A stretch of DNA of 64,000 nucleotides from assembly GCA_016432485.1 (NCBI GenBank), contig CP066691.1, positions 587,538-651,537 of the forward strand, given 5' to 3'. A program made the translations under genes and the position numbers. Every line of letters starts with the position of its first letter. Positions within the stretch are counted from its first letter, which is position 1. A model generated the notes under the pieces. The model did no database searches and was not told the origin of the DNA. It saw nothing but the letters and a program-made list of their open reading frames with translations. Positions 8,276 to 18,993 of the stretch are shown here, piece by piece. Origin of the DNA: Candidatus Niyogibacteria bacterium. Lineage in GTDB: Bacteria > Patescibacteriota > Minisyncoccia > HO2-45-28.

Positions 8276-9187
8276 TTATTTTCTCTTGCGCGCGTGAAAT
8301 GTTTTATGGATTTCGCTAAGCTGGCGGTTAGTGATGTGAGTATAAATTTGCGTGGTTGAAATGTTGGAATGCCCCAGCATTATCTGGACCGAACGCAAAT
8401 CCGCGCCGTTTGTCAGAAGATCGGTGGCAAAACAATGGCGCAAAGTGTGCGGAGTAACTTTTTTGGAAATGCCGGATTTGAGCGCGTGATATTTTATAAT
8501 TCTTTCTACCGAACGCGGAGTGAGGCGGGAATAGCTTATAGCTTTTAGCTTGTGGCTTTTAGTTCTTGGGAGGCGAACAAAAAGGGCCTCTTCAATGTCG
8601 GGCCGTTTATTCAGCCAATTTTCAACGGCTGACTTCGCGTCATCGGACAAAAAAACCAGGCGCACTTTTTCTCCCTTGCCTCTTACGCTGAACTCCCCCT
8701 TTTTCAAATTGACAGAATCGCGATTAAGCGAGCAAAGTTCGGACACACGAAGTCCCGTTGAAAATAAAAGCTCCAGAATCGCGCGGTCCCGCAAGCCCTT
8801 GGCGCCGTCTCCGGACGGAGAGACGATTAAACGCTCCAATTCGTCTTCCGATATTAAATCAATTTCGCGCTCCCCTGTTTTAGCCAATTCTATTTTCTCG
8901 GCAGCTAAACTCGCGATTTCGCGCCTGGCCAGATATTTTAAAAAACCGCGTAGCGCGATTAAATAATAATTTTGGGTCTTTTTCTTTAGATTTTTGCGAT
9001 TGAGCCACAGCCGGAAATCGCGTACAGCGTCATCAGTAATGTCGGCGGGTGCTGCGATTTTGGCAAAATCAAAAAAGGCGGCAAGATACCTGTCGTAATT
9101 ATCAAGGGTCTTCAGGCCTCGGCCTTTTTCAATTTCCAGATATTCCAAGTACTGCCTTAAAAAATCATTTTTATCCGAATGTCGCAC
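8276..9187 (-). CDS. XerC/XerD-family tyrosine recombinase
   Basis: TGLRVSEL, HTLRHCFAT, LGHSNISTTQIY. Confidence 0.92.
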   Translation of the reverse strand: MRHSDKNDFLRQYLEYLEIEKGRGLKTLDNYDRYLAAFFDFAKIAAPADITDDAVRDFRLWLNRKNLKKKTQNYYLIALRGFLKYLARREIASLAAEKIELAKTGEREIDLISEDELERLIVSPSGDGAKGLRDRAILELLFSTGLRVSELCSLNRDSVNLKKGEFSVRGKGEKVRLVFLSDDAKSAVENWLNKRPDIEEALFVRLPRTKSHKLKAISYSRLTPRSVERIIKYHALKSGISKKVTPHTLRHCFATDLLTNGADLRSVQIMLGHSNISTTQIYTHITNRQLSEIHKTFHARKRK

Positions 9188-9284
9188 AATTTATAATAAC
9201 ACGATTTCTCTTACAAAAACCTGTATTTAAATAAAAAAACGGCTCGAGCAGGGCTCGGCCGTTTTCGTAAGCAACGACTTGTCT

Positions 9285-9560
9285 TTAAAGTGCGAGGTTT
9301 CCAATGCGCTTGGAGGCAAGAGAAAGAATCTCTCCAAGCGAATTGACGCCAACATTTGGGAGAAGATTGCTTGCGAGAAGAAGCTTTGATGCCACTCGAA
9401 CCAAGTTATCATTCGAGATATCATGCCGCTGATCTTCAAGCAGCTTCAGCGCCGCTCCAATCTTCTCGCGCGATTCGATATGGTTAGGCAAGAGTATCGC
9501 GCTTTCTAAAATCCCGCATAATTTTCCGATTTGAAATGCCCTTTCCAGCATCTTTTCCAT
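9285..9560 (-). CDS. Hypothetical protein, paralog of 9830-10171
   Basis: AAGGAGG RBS; shared AFxxGxxCGxLxxAILL motif. Confidence 0.65.
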   Translation of the reverse strand: MEKMLERAFQIGKLCGILESAILLPNHIESREKIGAALKLLEDQRHDISNDNLVRVASKLLLASNLLPNVGVNSLGEILSLASKRIGNLAL

Positions 9561-9829
9561 CGCTTCCTCCTTCCGTTACTTAATTGAATCGTGTCCCTTT
9601 ATTTTCATGTTATATTCTCCGCCCACGCCTATAAGGTTTCGACCCTTTTAACCCAGATTGACTTACTCTCCTACTCTACACTTCTATTATGGCCGATGAG
9701 GCCCAGATGTCAACGCCTAACTTTCGTCCTGAGAACAGAGCGAAAACCAGGCAAAACTCCCTATTCAAGATCTGCCATCTAGTTCCCGGCTATCTCCCGT
9801 CAACCCCGTCGGGTAAATGACGCTTTTTA

Positions 9830-10171
9830 TTACTGGGTCCCCAATCGTGAAATGTGATCGGCGGCGGAAGCGATAATAGTCGAGACATTAGTGCTGGGAA
9901 ACGAGGATCTATATGAGCTAGAGAGCCCCAATCTATTTATGCCATGAGCCGTGAGTTCACTTATTGCGTCCAGAAGCTTTGATTGTGCACAGGCATTGAT
10001 TTTGTTTAAGTCGGTTCGGCTCCTGATGTAATCTTGCTGCAAATTCTCAGATACAATTCCAAACATCGTCAGCGCTTCTCTAACCCGTTGGTGCGGTCGG
10101 CCCTCGGGGTCAAGCAACAAGATCGCGGCCTTTAAAAGTCCGCATACTTCCCCGACTCTAAATGCTAACAT
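9830..10171 (-). CDS. Hypothetical protein, paralog of 9285-9560
   Basis: RBS; shared motifs AFRVGEVCGLLKAAILL, SKLL, GINRLG. Confidence 0.65.
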   Translation of the reverse strand: MLAFRVGEVCGLLKAAILLLDPEGRPHQRVREALTMFGIVSENLQQDYIRSRTDLNKINACAQSKLLDAISELTAHGINRLGLSSSYRSSFPSTNVSTIIASAADHISRLGTQ

Positions 10172-10317
10172 TACCGTTTCCTTTCTAGCCGTTCGGCTGT
10201 TAGGATTTGTTGCCCGTACTCTTTCGCTATTTTATACGATTAAGTATTTTTTGTCAACCCCATGTAATGGTTCAATAGCTTATTTTCTTTTTCAAAATTA
10301 AAAGCTATATTTTAAAC

Positions 10318-10914
10318 ATGAGAAGATACGAATCAGCGCCGCCGATGGGGGGAGGAAGAATAAATGAGATTTTTCTTGTTGGCCGGCCGGAGTGGGAAAA
10401 AGGAATCCCTCCGGAAGTGAAAAAAGCTCTTGATACTAGAAGTCAGGAACGAACCGGATGTCTTTTTGATTATGTTGAAAAATATTTTGACGGCGACCCG
10501 ACAAATCCGAAAAGAAAGTTTTTGAGGGATTTGCGCGAAAAAATTGCATCGGAGCTCGGATTTATAAAACCAGACGACCAGAAACGGCTTAAGGTTTTTC
10601 CGGTCGTGGGAACGGAGCTAGACAGACGCGGGGCGGATTTTTTCTTTTCAATACATATTCCGGGAGCGGAAAAGGCGGCTAGAATAGTAGGCGATGTTAC
10701 GAACGCGCCGGAACACGAAAAATTAAAAAGGGGCGAAGGACTAATGGAAAAAGTTACAATTTATGGCGACATTGCTGACGCGGAAATAGAAGGGGAAGAA
10801 GAATACCAAAAAACTTTGCAAAAGTACGCCCGCGAGTTTGCGGAAATGGCTAGAGAAAAATCCGCCCAATCCGCCAGCCAGCGGACCGAAGCATCGACAG
10901 AAAAAGCCGCGTGA
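10318..10914 (+). CDS. Hypothetical protein
   Basis: 198-aa ORF with normal composition. Confidence 0.7.
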   Translation: MRRYESAPPMGGGRINEIFLVGRPEWEKGIPPEVKKALDTRSQERTGCLFDYVEKYFDGDPTNPKRKFLRDLREKIASELGFIKPDDQKRLKVFPVVGTELDRRGADFFFSIHIPGAEKAARIVGDVTNAPEHEKLKRGEGLMEKVTIYGDIADAEIEGEEEYQKTLQKYAREFAEMAREKSAQSASQRTEASTEKAA

Positions 10915-11046
10915 TTAACGAGCATTCTTTGAACATAAGAAACTGACTGTCAGCAGTGTGTTGTGGATAACCTTGACTTTCATTTCTGTGGGGTGTATAC
11001 TGAAAACATCATTCAGAAAAGCCACGCGAAAGCGGGGCTTTTCTAT

Positions 11047-11661
11047 TTATGTGGTGGGCAATTCTTTTTTTATGGCGTGTTTTATATCTAAAAGAGAGGT
11101 ATAAAAAACTCTTTTTGTATCTACGGCTATAAGATTGCGAAGTTTTGTCGAAAATCTAGAAATCGTTATCCCAGCTTTTGAGTCTTTGCCGGAATAAGAA
11201 AAAATATAAACCCTTTCAACGCCTTTTTCCAAAGCCTTAATTATTAAGTATTCAAAATCGCCATCGCCAGTAAACAGCATCAGCTCAACCCCAGGAGCAG
11301 ATTTTTCAATTGCGTCTATTGACAACTCAACGTCGCAATTCGACTTTTTCTTGTACCCCATATCAACAATAAATACGTTTTCTTCTTTACAGCGCACGCA
11401 GCGTTTAGATATCTTTTTGTCCTTATTTTTATAAGCAAAAATCGGCTTACTTTTTACTGTGTACCCATCATTTTTTAAGGACTCAAATTCGTTGGCGGTT
11501 TCAACATCCCCATTGTCAATTCCTGTGTAAAAAGAAACTTCCGAACACGACCTCTTGTTCATTAAATAGTCGGCAAGCCTTCTCCAATTAATTGAAAAAC
11601 CAAGCATTTGCTCAGCGGAATTTTCTGTATTTAATACATCTATAAAAGCGTATCGCTTCAT
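11047..11661 (-). CDS. NYN domain (LabA/DUF88, PIN-fold) protein
   Basis: AFIDVLN, KSNCDVEL, TGDGDF. Confidence 0.85.
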   Translation of the reverse strand: MKRYAFIDVLNTENSAEQMLGFSINWRRLADYLMNKRSCSEVSFYTGIDNGDVETANEFESLKNDGYTVKSKPIFAYKNKDKKISKRCVRCKEENVFIVDMGYKKKSNCDVELSIDAIEKSAPGVELMLFTGDGDFEYLIIKALEKGVERVYIFSYSGKDSKAGITISRFSTKLRNLIAVDTKRVFYTSLLDIKHAIKKELPTT

Positions 11662-11864
11662 TCCAAAAATTTATCATATTTTTTAACACCTTTCAATTTT
11701 TTTTATTTAAAACACAAATTTTATATCAGGGCGTTGCAAAGCTATTGAACCATTACGCGCCTATTGACAGATTGGATTTCGGGTGCTACAATTGAAGAGT
11801 AATAATGGCTGGGGCGGGATTGGCCCGTCCTAGACATGCACCTTAAATCCCCCGACGAGGAGGA

Positions 11865-12302
11865 ATGATGATGAAGGGGACAATCGTGGTGGAACAGTTC
11901 GAAAATCCGTTTTGCAACTGCAAGCAGTATCACCTCACGGAGGAGATTTCTGCACTTCCAAGACCCAGCGCTTTCTACCGGCCGATCGGCAGGCCAGAAT
12001 GTGTCGAGCACCTGAGCGCTCTGGGCACGACAGGAGCTCTGATCGTCAGGCAGATCATGGAAATTCCCGGCGTTACGGAGGTTTCTGTTGATCAGTACAG
12101 CGTCACGGTTCACATCGGCAGGGCGTTCCTGTGGGGCTCTGATGGCGTGGGGTATTCGGCGAGCGGCATCCACGCCCGCATTCTGAATATCCTCTGTGCC
12201 CAGGTCTTCGGGTGCCTCGACTGGCTCACCGCCAAATATCCCGATGTGGATATTGTTGACGGAAACAAAGCTCTCCATCGGCTCGAGGGGGTGGAGCGCT
12301 AG
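11865..12302 (+). CDS. Nfu/NifU N-terminal-like domain protein
   Basis: VEQFENP...IMEIPGVTEVSV...SVTV; GAGGAGG RBS; upstream TTGACA-17-TACAAT. Confidence 0.55.
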   Translation: MMMKGTIVVEQFENPFCNCKQYHLTEEISALPRPSAFYRPIGRPECVEHLSALGTTGALIVRQIMEIPGVTEVSVDQYSVTVHIGRAFLWGSDGVGYSASGIHARILNILCAQVFGCLDWLTAKYPDVDIVDGNKALHRLEGVER

Positions 12303-12387
12303 TCGAAGGACTAACCACATCAAGCAGCAAGAAAAGACACCTCAAGGAAGAGGTGTCTTTTTCGTTTCACTTTGCTGAATAAATAAC

Positions 12388-14421
12388 TTAAACAAATAGC
12401 GGAGCGAGTACCAGTGTCAGCGTGGCAAGAAGTTTTATTAAAACATGAAGCGAGGGACCGGCCGTATCTTTAAACGGGTCGCCGACGGTGTCGCCGGTTA
12501 CCGCGGCCTTATGCGGGTCCGAACCCTTGCCGCCCATATTGCCTTCTTCAATCCATTTTTTAGCGTTATCCCACGCGCCTCCGCTATTATTCATAACGGT
12601 TGCGAGTAAAACCCCGGCAATAGTTCCAATCATCAAAAGTCCTGCTTCGGCTTCGGCTCTTAACAAAAGTCCGACCGCAACCGGACCGACAATGGCAAGA
12701 ACTCCGGGCAAAATCATTTCTTTCAAAGCGCCTCTGGTTGTTATGTCAACCGCTTTTGAGTAATCCGGTTTTTCGGTTCCGGCCATAATTCCGGGTCTTT
12801 CGCGAAACTGCCTGCGGACTTCGTTAATAATATAGTAGGCGGAGCGGCCGACGGCGCGGATGGCCAAAGCCGAAAAAAGAAAAACAATCATAGCGCCGAG
12901 CATCCCGCCGACAAACACCTCAACTTTAGCCAAATCTACGACGGTTAAATGCACCTCTTCAAGATATGCCGAAAAAAGCAAAAACGCCGCAAGCGCCGCC
13001 GAGCCGATAGCATAGCCCTTGGTCAGGGCCTTGGTGGTGTTTCCGGCAGAATCCAATTTATCCATCACGTCGCGATATTCTTCCGACTCTCCGGACATCT
13101 CAACAATGCCCGCGCCGTTATCGGTAATGGGGCCGAAAACATCCATAGCCAAAATGTAGGCGGCAGTGGCAAGCATGCCCATTGTGGCCACGGCCGTTCC
13201 AAAAAGTCCTCCGCCGGGAATTCCCGAAAGTTTTCCGAAATAAAATGAAGCAAGGAGAGCCGCGCTTATAGCCAGCACCGTCAAAGCCGTTGATTCAAGG
13301 CCGACGGAAAATCCGGAAATAATATTTGTCGCGGGCCCCGTTTCAGATGATTGAGCGATGGAGCGAACCGGCCTGTGGCGCGAATCGGTATAATATTGAG
13401 TGATGTAAACGAAAACCAAACTGGTCAGCATGCCGACGAGCCCTGCGGCAAAAAACCACATATTGCCCAGCAGATATTTAGTGGTGAAGAAAAAAGCGAT
13501 TACGGCAAGTCCCAGGGTCAAATAATATCCTCGGTTTAATGCCGCCATAGGGTTTTCATTTTCTCGGGCGCGAACGGCAAAAAGTCCGATTATACTCGCG
13601 ACCAGTCCCAAAGCCCGCAAAACCAGAGGAAACATTATTCCGCCGATGCCGAAAAAAGGAAAGAGCGCGGCGCCCAAAATCATGGCGCCTATGTTTTCGG
13701 CCGCGGTTGATTCAAAGAGGTCCGCTCCGCGCCCCGCGCAATCGCCGACATTATCGCCGACAAGATCGGCTATAACCGCCGGATTTCTGGGGTCGTCTTC
13801 GGGAATACCCTGTTCAACTTTTCCGACAAGATCGGCTCCGACATCCGCGGCTTTGGTGTAAATCCCGCCGCCCAGCTGCGCGAAAAGCGCGACTAAAGAC
13901 GCGCCAAAACCATAGCCGACTATGAGCGTGGGAATTTTTACGACATCGTAGCCGAGAAATTTATAAAAAAGAAACAATCCCGAAATTCCAAAAAGCGAAA
14001 GAGCCACGACTATAATTCCGGTTATGGCCCCCCCGCGAAAAGCCACTTGCATAGCCGAATTAAAACCGCTTTTGGAAGCCGCGGCCGAACGAAGATTGGC
14101 CGTAGTGGACATTTTCATCCCCACAATGCCCGCGATAGCCGACGAAAGCGCGCCTAAAATAAAAGCGAAGGCGGTCTGCCACCCAAGCTCCGGATCGCCC
14201 GTGAAAGTGTAGACCAAAAAAAGAGCCAGAGCCAATAAAAGAGAAATCCAGCCGATGGTTTTATATTGCCTTTTGATAAAGGCGTTCGCGCCCTCCTTTA
14301 TGGCCGAAGCCACCTCGCGCATTTTGTCCGTGCCCAGCGGCTGTTTTTTTATCCACGAAACAAGCCACCAGACAAAAAAGAGCGATACAAACGCCACTAT
14401 AATAGGAAAGGATTCAAGCAT
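12388..14421 (-). CDS. hppA: Membrane-bound pyrophosphatase, K+-independent H+-pump type
   Basis: GGGIYTKAADVGADLVGKVE, DNVGDCAG, GNTTKA (Lys variant), GDTVGDPFKD. Confidence 0.95.
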   Translation of the reverse strand: MLESFPIIVAFVSLFFVWWLVSWIKKQPLGTDKMREVASAIKEGANAFIKRQYKTIGWISLLLALALFLVYTFTGDPELGWQTAFAFILGALSSAIAGIVGMKMSTTANLRSAAASKSGFNSAMQVAFRGGAITGIIVVALSLFGISGLFLFYKFLGYDVVKIPTLIVGYGFGASLVALFAQLGGGIYTKAADVGADLVGKVEQGIPEDDPRNPAVIADLVGDNVGDCAGRGADLFESTAAENIGAMILGAALFPFFGIGGIMFPLVLRALGLVASIIGLFAVRARENENPMAALNRGYYLTLGLAVIAFFFTTKYLLGNMWFFAAGLVGMLTSLVFVYITQYYTDSRHRPVRSIAQSSETGPATNIISGFSVGLESTALTVLAISAALLASFYFGKLSGIPGGGLFGTAVATMGMLATAAYILAMDVFGPITDNGAGIVEMSGESEEYRDVMDKLDSAGNTTKALTKGYAIGSAALAAFLLFSAYLEEVHLTVVDLAKVEVFVGGMLGAMIVFLFSALAIRAVGRSAYYIINEVRRQFRERPGIMAGTEKPDYSKAVDITTRGALKEMILPGVLAIVGPVAVGLLLRAEAEAGLLMIGTIAGVLLATVMNNSGGAWDNAKKWIEEGNMGGKGSDPHKAAVTGDTVGDPFKDTAGPSLHVLIKLLATLTLVLAPLFV

Positions 14422-14503
14422 ATGCTTTAAAATTTTAAATTAAGCTGATAAACCGATAATTTATAAATAAAAGCATAAACAAAAAATTCGGCATCGGCAA
14501 GGC

Positions 14504-15748
14504 CTATTCGCCTTTTTCAATATTTTCTCCCGAAACTTCCCCTTCTTCCGAGGCCTGGGCTACGGATTCGCCTGCTCGCGACTGAATGTCTATTTTCCAT
14601 CCGGTAAGCCGCGCCGCGAGCCGCACATTCTGCCCCCCCCGGCCGATTGCCAGCGACAGCTGGTCTTCGTCCACAATAACCTTCGCGGTTCGGCTTCTTT
14701 TCTGTATTTCAACGTCAAGAATTTTAGCAGGCGACAGCGCGTTTTCCACAAAATCTTGCGGTTCATCCGACCATTCTATAATGTCTATTTTTTCCCCGCC
14801 GAGCTCCGCTATAACAGTTGAAACCCGGACTCCTTTTTGGCCCACGGCCGAACCGACCGGGTCAATCCCTTCGGCTGAAGAAGCCACAGCGATTTTTGAC
14901 CTTGCCCCGGGCTCTCGGGCAACGCTTTTTATTTCAACAGTGCCCGAAGCCATTTCCGGAACTTCCATTTCAAAAAGTTTTACCAGAAATTGCGGGTGAG
15001 TGCGCGAAAGATACAGGTTCGTTCCGCGCGGAGTTTTTTCCACCAGATACAAAAGCGCTTTTATTCTTTCTCCTATCCGGTAGCGTTCGCCTCTGATTTG
15101 TTCTTCAGAAGGCAGAATGGCCGTAATTCTTCCGAGGTCCATAAAAACATTACGGCCCTCTATTCTCTGAACTATGCCGGATATAATTCCGCCCTCCTTC
15201 TTTTTAAATTCGTCGTAGACCGACTCGCGTTCAGCTTCGCGTATTCGCTGGATTATGACTTGCTTGGCGGTCTGGGCCGCAATCCGTCCGTAATCGTCTT
15301 TGGCTTCAAGGACGAAAGTCAATTCTTCTCCGGCCTTCACGCCCTTTTTTATCTTCTTGGCTTCGTCAATCATCATATGTCGTTCGGGATTAAAACGGAC
15401 TTTATGTTCTTCAGTCGGAGTTTCTTCTTCGGGTTCCTGGGGTTCAAAAGACCGTCGGATTTCCGGGACCTTTTGGTTTTCCGGTTCGGCTGTTTCAGCC
15501 GTTTCCTCGTCAGACTCCTCTGGTTTGAGCATTGATTCATCAACGACTATTTTTACCTGCCAGAAATCGGAGCGGCCGCTTGCCGGGTCAAATTTGGCCC
15601 GTATAATCTGCCCCCTTTTTCCGTAGTCTTTTTTGTAGGCCGCCGCCAAAGCCAGCTCTATTGTTTCCAATATTTTTTCTTTGGGTATGCCGCGCTCGAT
15701 TTCAAGTTGTTCAAGCGCCGATTGAAATGTTTTTGTGTCTGATATCAT
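14504..15748 (-). CDS. nusA: Transcription factor NusA
   Basis: AQTAKQVIIQ, AREPGARSKIAV, LSLAIGRGGQNVRLA. Confidence 0.97.
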   Translation of the reverse strand: MISDTKTFQSALEQLEIERGIPKEKILETIELALAAAYKKDYGKRGQIIRAKFDPASGRSDFWQVKIVVDESMLKPEESDEETAETAEPENQKVPEIRRSFEPQEPEEETPTEEHKVRFNPERHMMIDEAKKIKKGVKAGEELTFVLEAKDDYGRIAAQTAKQVIIQRIREAERESVYDEFKKKEGGIISGIVQRIEGRNVFMDLGRITAILPSEEQIRGERYRIGERIKALLYLVEKTPRGTNLYLSRTHPQFLVKLFEMEVPEMASGTVEIKSVAREPGARSKIAVASSAEGIDPVGSAVGQKGVRVSTVIAELGGEKIDIIEWSDEPQDFVENALSPAKILDVEIQKRSRTAKVIVDEDQLSLAIGRGGQNVRLAARLTGWKIDIQSRAGESVAQASEEGEVSGENIEKGE

Positions 15749-15867
15749 ATTTTATCCTCTATTTAGTAAAGATGCCCGCCGGAGGCGGACAATAAAGGGT
15801 ATTCATATAATAATTCCTGCGTTATTTCGTGTCAAGTCCGGCTGTTTTTGTGTTAATATAATAATAT

Positions 15868-16812
15868 ATGGGAGAGGCGCGGATTTTGGATTCGCTTAAT
15901 ATAAAAAAAAGATGCGGGGCGGTCGGTGTCGGATTTTGGCAATGCCCGCATTTTCTTTTTCCGGTTACCGGGCTGATTATAATTATTTCCATAATCGTCA
16001 CCTATTTGGTCGCCAGCCGCGTTACCGAGCCGGAGATTGCCGCTTTGATAGTGCTCGCGGTGACAGCTTTTCTTTTTATAGTCGGCCACACCATTGTCAG
16101 GTCTTTTGAAAATATTGTTGAGGCCTCGCGACTTAAATCGGAATTCGTAAGCATAATTTCGCATGAATTGCGTTCTCCTTTGTCAGCAGTCAAATGGAGC
16201 CTGGATCTTTTGAAGTCCGATAATACCCGCATGAAGGCCTCGGATTCGGCCGAGTCCGTTATATCTTCAATTGGCGAACAAAATGAAAAGATGATACGCA
16301 TCGTCAACGGTCTTCTGGAAGTTGAGCGAATTGAAGAAAAAAAGATGAGTCTTGCGCCGGAGAAGATTTTTTTAAAAGAGCTCACTGAAAAAATAATCGG
16401 GGATTTGTCTTTAGTCGCGCGGGACTTGAATGTTAAAGCGGATCTGGAAACAAAAACAGACGCTCCGGTTTTTGCCGACCCTCAAAAAATCAGCTTCGTG
16501 ATTTTCAGCATTTTAGAAAACGCGCTGCGTTACAGCCCCGCGGGCAGCTCGGTAAAAATAGAAATTTATGAAAAATCGGGCAGTATTTTTTGGAGCGCGG
16601 CCAATACCGGAGCCGGTATCCCGAAAGAGGACCGGCAAAAGATATTTGAAAAGTTTTTCCGTTCGCGCGACGTCTATCGGTACCGTTCCGGCGGACTGGG
16701 CATCGGCCTTTTTTTGTCCAAAGCTTTCGTAGAGGCCTCCGGAGGCAAAATAGGTTTTTTGTCCGAAGAAAATAAGGGCAGTGTTTTTTGGTTTTCCTTG
16801 CCGCGAGTTTGA
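15868..16812 (+). CDS. Sensor histidine kinase
   Basis: Two TM segments, SHELRSPL, ENALRY, GLGIGL. Confidence 0.92.
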   Translation: MGEARILDSLNIKKRCGAVGVGFWQCPHFLFPVTGLIIIISIIVTYLVASRVTEPEIAALIVLAVTAFLFIVGHTIVRSFENIVEASRLKSEFVSIISHELRSPLSAVKWSLDLLKSDNTRMKASDSAESVISSIGEQNEKMIRIVNGLLEVERIEEKKMSLAPEKIFLKELTEKIIGDLSLVARDLNVKADLETKTDAPVFADPQKISFVIFSILENALRYSPAGSSVKIEIYEKSGSIFWSAANTGAGIPKEDRQKIFEKFFRSRDVYRYRSGGLGIGLFLSKAFVEASGGKIGFLSEENKGSVFWFSLPRV

Positions 16813-16851
16813 AAACAAAAGAGAACAGAGATTATAATATAAATAATAATT

Positions 16852-17238
16852 ATGGCCAAACAAAAAATAGCAATACTGGAAGATGACCCGATTTTAGTTA
16901 AAAGCTTGTCTCAAACTTTGATTGCCGCGGGCTATGAAATTTTTTCGTCTTTAGACGGCGAAACGGGCCTTGAGATTATTAAGAAGCAAAAGCCGGATTT
17001 GGTATTATTGGACATTATTTTGCCCAGAAAAAGCGGTTTTGAGGTTATGGAGAATTTAGCCCTAGATCCGGAGCTTAGGCGGATTCCGGTAATGGTTTTG
17101 ACGAATCTGGAATCAAGTCAGGATATAAACCGCATGACCGAGCTCGGCGTCAAATCTTTTTTGGTTAAGACCAATTATTCGCTTGACGAAGTCGCCGCTA
17201 AAATAAAGGAAACTTTAAATAAACTCGGCAATAAATGA
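16852..17238 (+). CDS. Single-domain response regulator
   Basis: ILEDD, LLDIILP, VLTN. Confidence 0.92.
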   Translation: MAKQKIAILEDDPILVKSLSQTLIAAGYEIFSSLDGETGLEIIKKQKPDLVLLDIILPRKSGFEVMENLALDPELRRIPVMVLTNLESSQDINRMTELGVKSFLVKTNYSLDEVAAKIKETLNKLGNK

Positions 17239-18986
17239 AAATAGATCCGGAACGCTTAAAACTTTTTATTCTTGATTCGGAACTTATCTCAAAAGACGAT
17301 TTTGAACGGGCTCAGAAAAAGGCGACCGATTCCGGAAAAGACATCGCCGATGTTTTGGTTGAGTCGGGAAAAATTTCCGATGACGACCTGCGTCGGCTCC
17401 ACGCTTATATTTTAGGAGTGCCGTTCGTTAATTTGGAGCAGGAAAAAATAGACCCGCGCGTTTTGGGAATCATACCCGAACCGATAGCCCGCAGCCATAA
17501 TATCGTGGCTTATCGCCTGGAGGGGGGCAATTTGGAAGTGGCGATGCTGGACCCTCAAGATTTGGCGGCCATTGATTTCATAAAGAAAAAAGCAAATCTT
17601 AAAATAAAGCCGCGTCTGACCAGCCAATCTTCCATGACCAATGTTTTGCGGCAATACCAAAAAAGTCTCGCGGCTGAATTCGGCGAGATAATAAAAAAAG
17701 AAGCCGGAGAAATTAAGCAGGTACTTGAGGTGGGAGTAAAAGACGCGAGCGGGGAAGACCTGAAAAAGGCGGCTGAAGAGCTGCCGATAATCCGTATTGT
17801 GGATACGCTTTTGCGTCACGCTATAGTCCAGCATGCTTCAGATATACATATAGAGCCCCTGGAAAAAGAACTTTTGATGCGTTATCGCATTGACGGAATT
17901 CTGCGGGACGCCATGGTTTTGCCTAAGCAGGTCGCCACGGGCATAATCGCCCGCGTGAAAGTTTTAGCCAATCTCAAGCTTGATGAGCATCGTTTGCCGC
18001 AAGACGGAAGATTTATGATTGAAACGGATGAAGAAAAGGTTTCTTTTAGGGTTTCAGTCCTTCCGGTTTTTGACGGCGAAAAAGCGGTTTTGCGGCTCTT
18101 ACCCGAAAACAAGCACGGTTTCACTTTAGAACAGCTCGGTTTTCGCGGCGAAGGCCTTGAGCGCATTGAACGCGCCATAAGAAAACCAACCGGAATGATT
18201 CTGGCTACCGGCCCGACCGGTTCCGGCAAGACCACGACCTTGTACACGGTTCTTGAAATACTCAACACGCCCGCGGTTAACATTTCAACCGTGGAAGACC
18301 CGATTGAATACAGGATTCCCAGAATAAACCAATCTCAAGTCCGTCCGGATATCGGATTTTCATTTGCGAACGGCTTGCGTTCTCTTTTGCGCCAGGATCC
18401 GGACATACTGATGGTCGGTGAAATAAGAGACAACGAAACGGCCTCTCTTGCCGTAAACGCGTCTTTGACGGGGCATCTGGTTCTTTCAACTCTGCATACC
18501 AATTCGGCAGCCGGCGCCTTGCCGCGTTTGCTTGAAATGAAAGTTGAACCGTTTCTTATATCTTCAACCGTAAATGTCATTATCGCTCAAAGATTAGTTC
18601 GAAGACTTTGCGAAAGAAACAAATCTTACAATATTACGGAAAGCGAAGTGCGAAGTTTCGGCCAGGGAGTTGACCCCGATAAATTAATTGAACTTTTAAG
18701 AAAGGAAAAGATAATTAAACCCAAAGACGGCTGGAAGGATATAAAATTTTACCGGCCCGCGCCGACTGCCGACTGTCCCGACGGCTATAAAGACCGTATC
18801 GGTATTCATGAAGTGCTGGAAATGTCGGAAACCATAAAAGAAATGACCGTGAGGCAGGCGACTTCTGACGAAATTGCCAAACAAGCGCGCCTGGAAGGCA
18901 TGGTAACCATGTTTGAAGACGGCATCATTAAAGCCGCCCAAGGGATTACTTCTTTGGAAGAAATAATGAGAGTGACCAGCGAATAA
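17235..18986 (+). CDS. pilB: Type IV pilus assembly ATPase PilB/GspE
   Basis: GPTGSGKTTTLY, LRQDPD, GEIRD, STLHTN. Confidence 0.93.
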   Translation: MKIDPERLKLFILDSELISKDDFERAQKKATDSGKDIADVLVESGKISDDDLRRLHAYILGVPFVNLEQEKIDPRVLGIIPEPIARSHNIVAYRLEGGNLEVAMLDPQDLAAIDFIKKKANLKIKPRLTSQSSMTNVLRQYQKSLAAEFGEIIKKEAGEIKQVLEVGVKDASGEDLKKAAEELPIIRIVDTLLRHAIVQHASDIHIEPLEKELLMRYRIDGILRDAMVLPKQVATGIIARVKVLANLKLDEHRLPQDGRFMIETDEEKVSFRVSVLPVFDGEKAVLRLLPENKHGFTLEQLGFRGEGLERIERAIRKPTGMILATGPTGSGKTTTLYTVLEILNTPAVNISTVEDPIEYRIPRINQSQVRPDIGFSFANGLRSLLRQDPDILMVGEIRDNETASLAVNASLTGHLVLSTLHTNSAAGALPRLLEMKVEPFLISSTVNVIIAQRLVRRLCERNKSYNITESEVRSFGQGVDPDKLIELLRKEKIIKPKDGWKDIKFYRPAPTADCPDGYKDRIGIHEVLEMSETIKEMTVRQATSDEIAKQARLEGMVTMFEDGIIKAAQGITSLEEIMRVTSE

Positions 18987-18993
18987 AATAATC

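Noticed and set aside
8276-9187. Integron integrase
   Set aside because: No IntI-specific insertion recognisable and no attC array; looks like a housekeeping Xer.
11742-12323. 193-aa minus-strand ORF and other long antisense ORFs
   Set aside because: They overlap better-supported genes that have RBS, promoter or family motifs.
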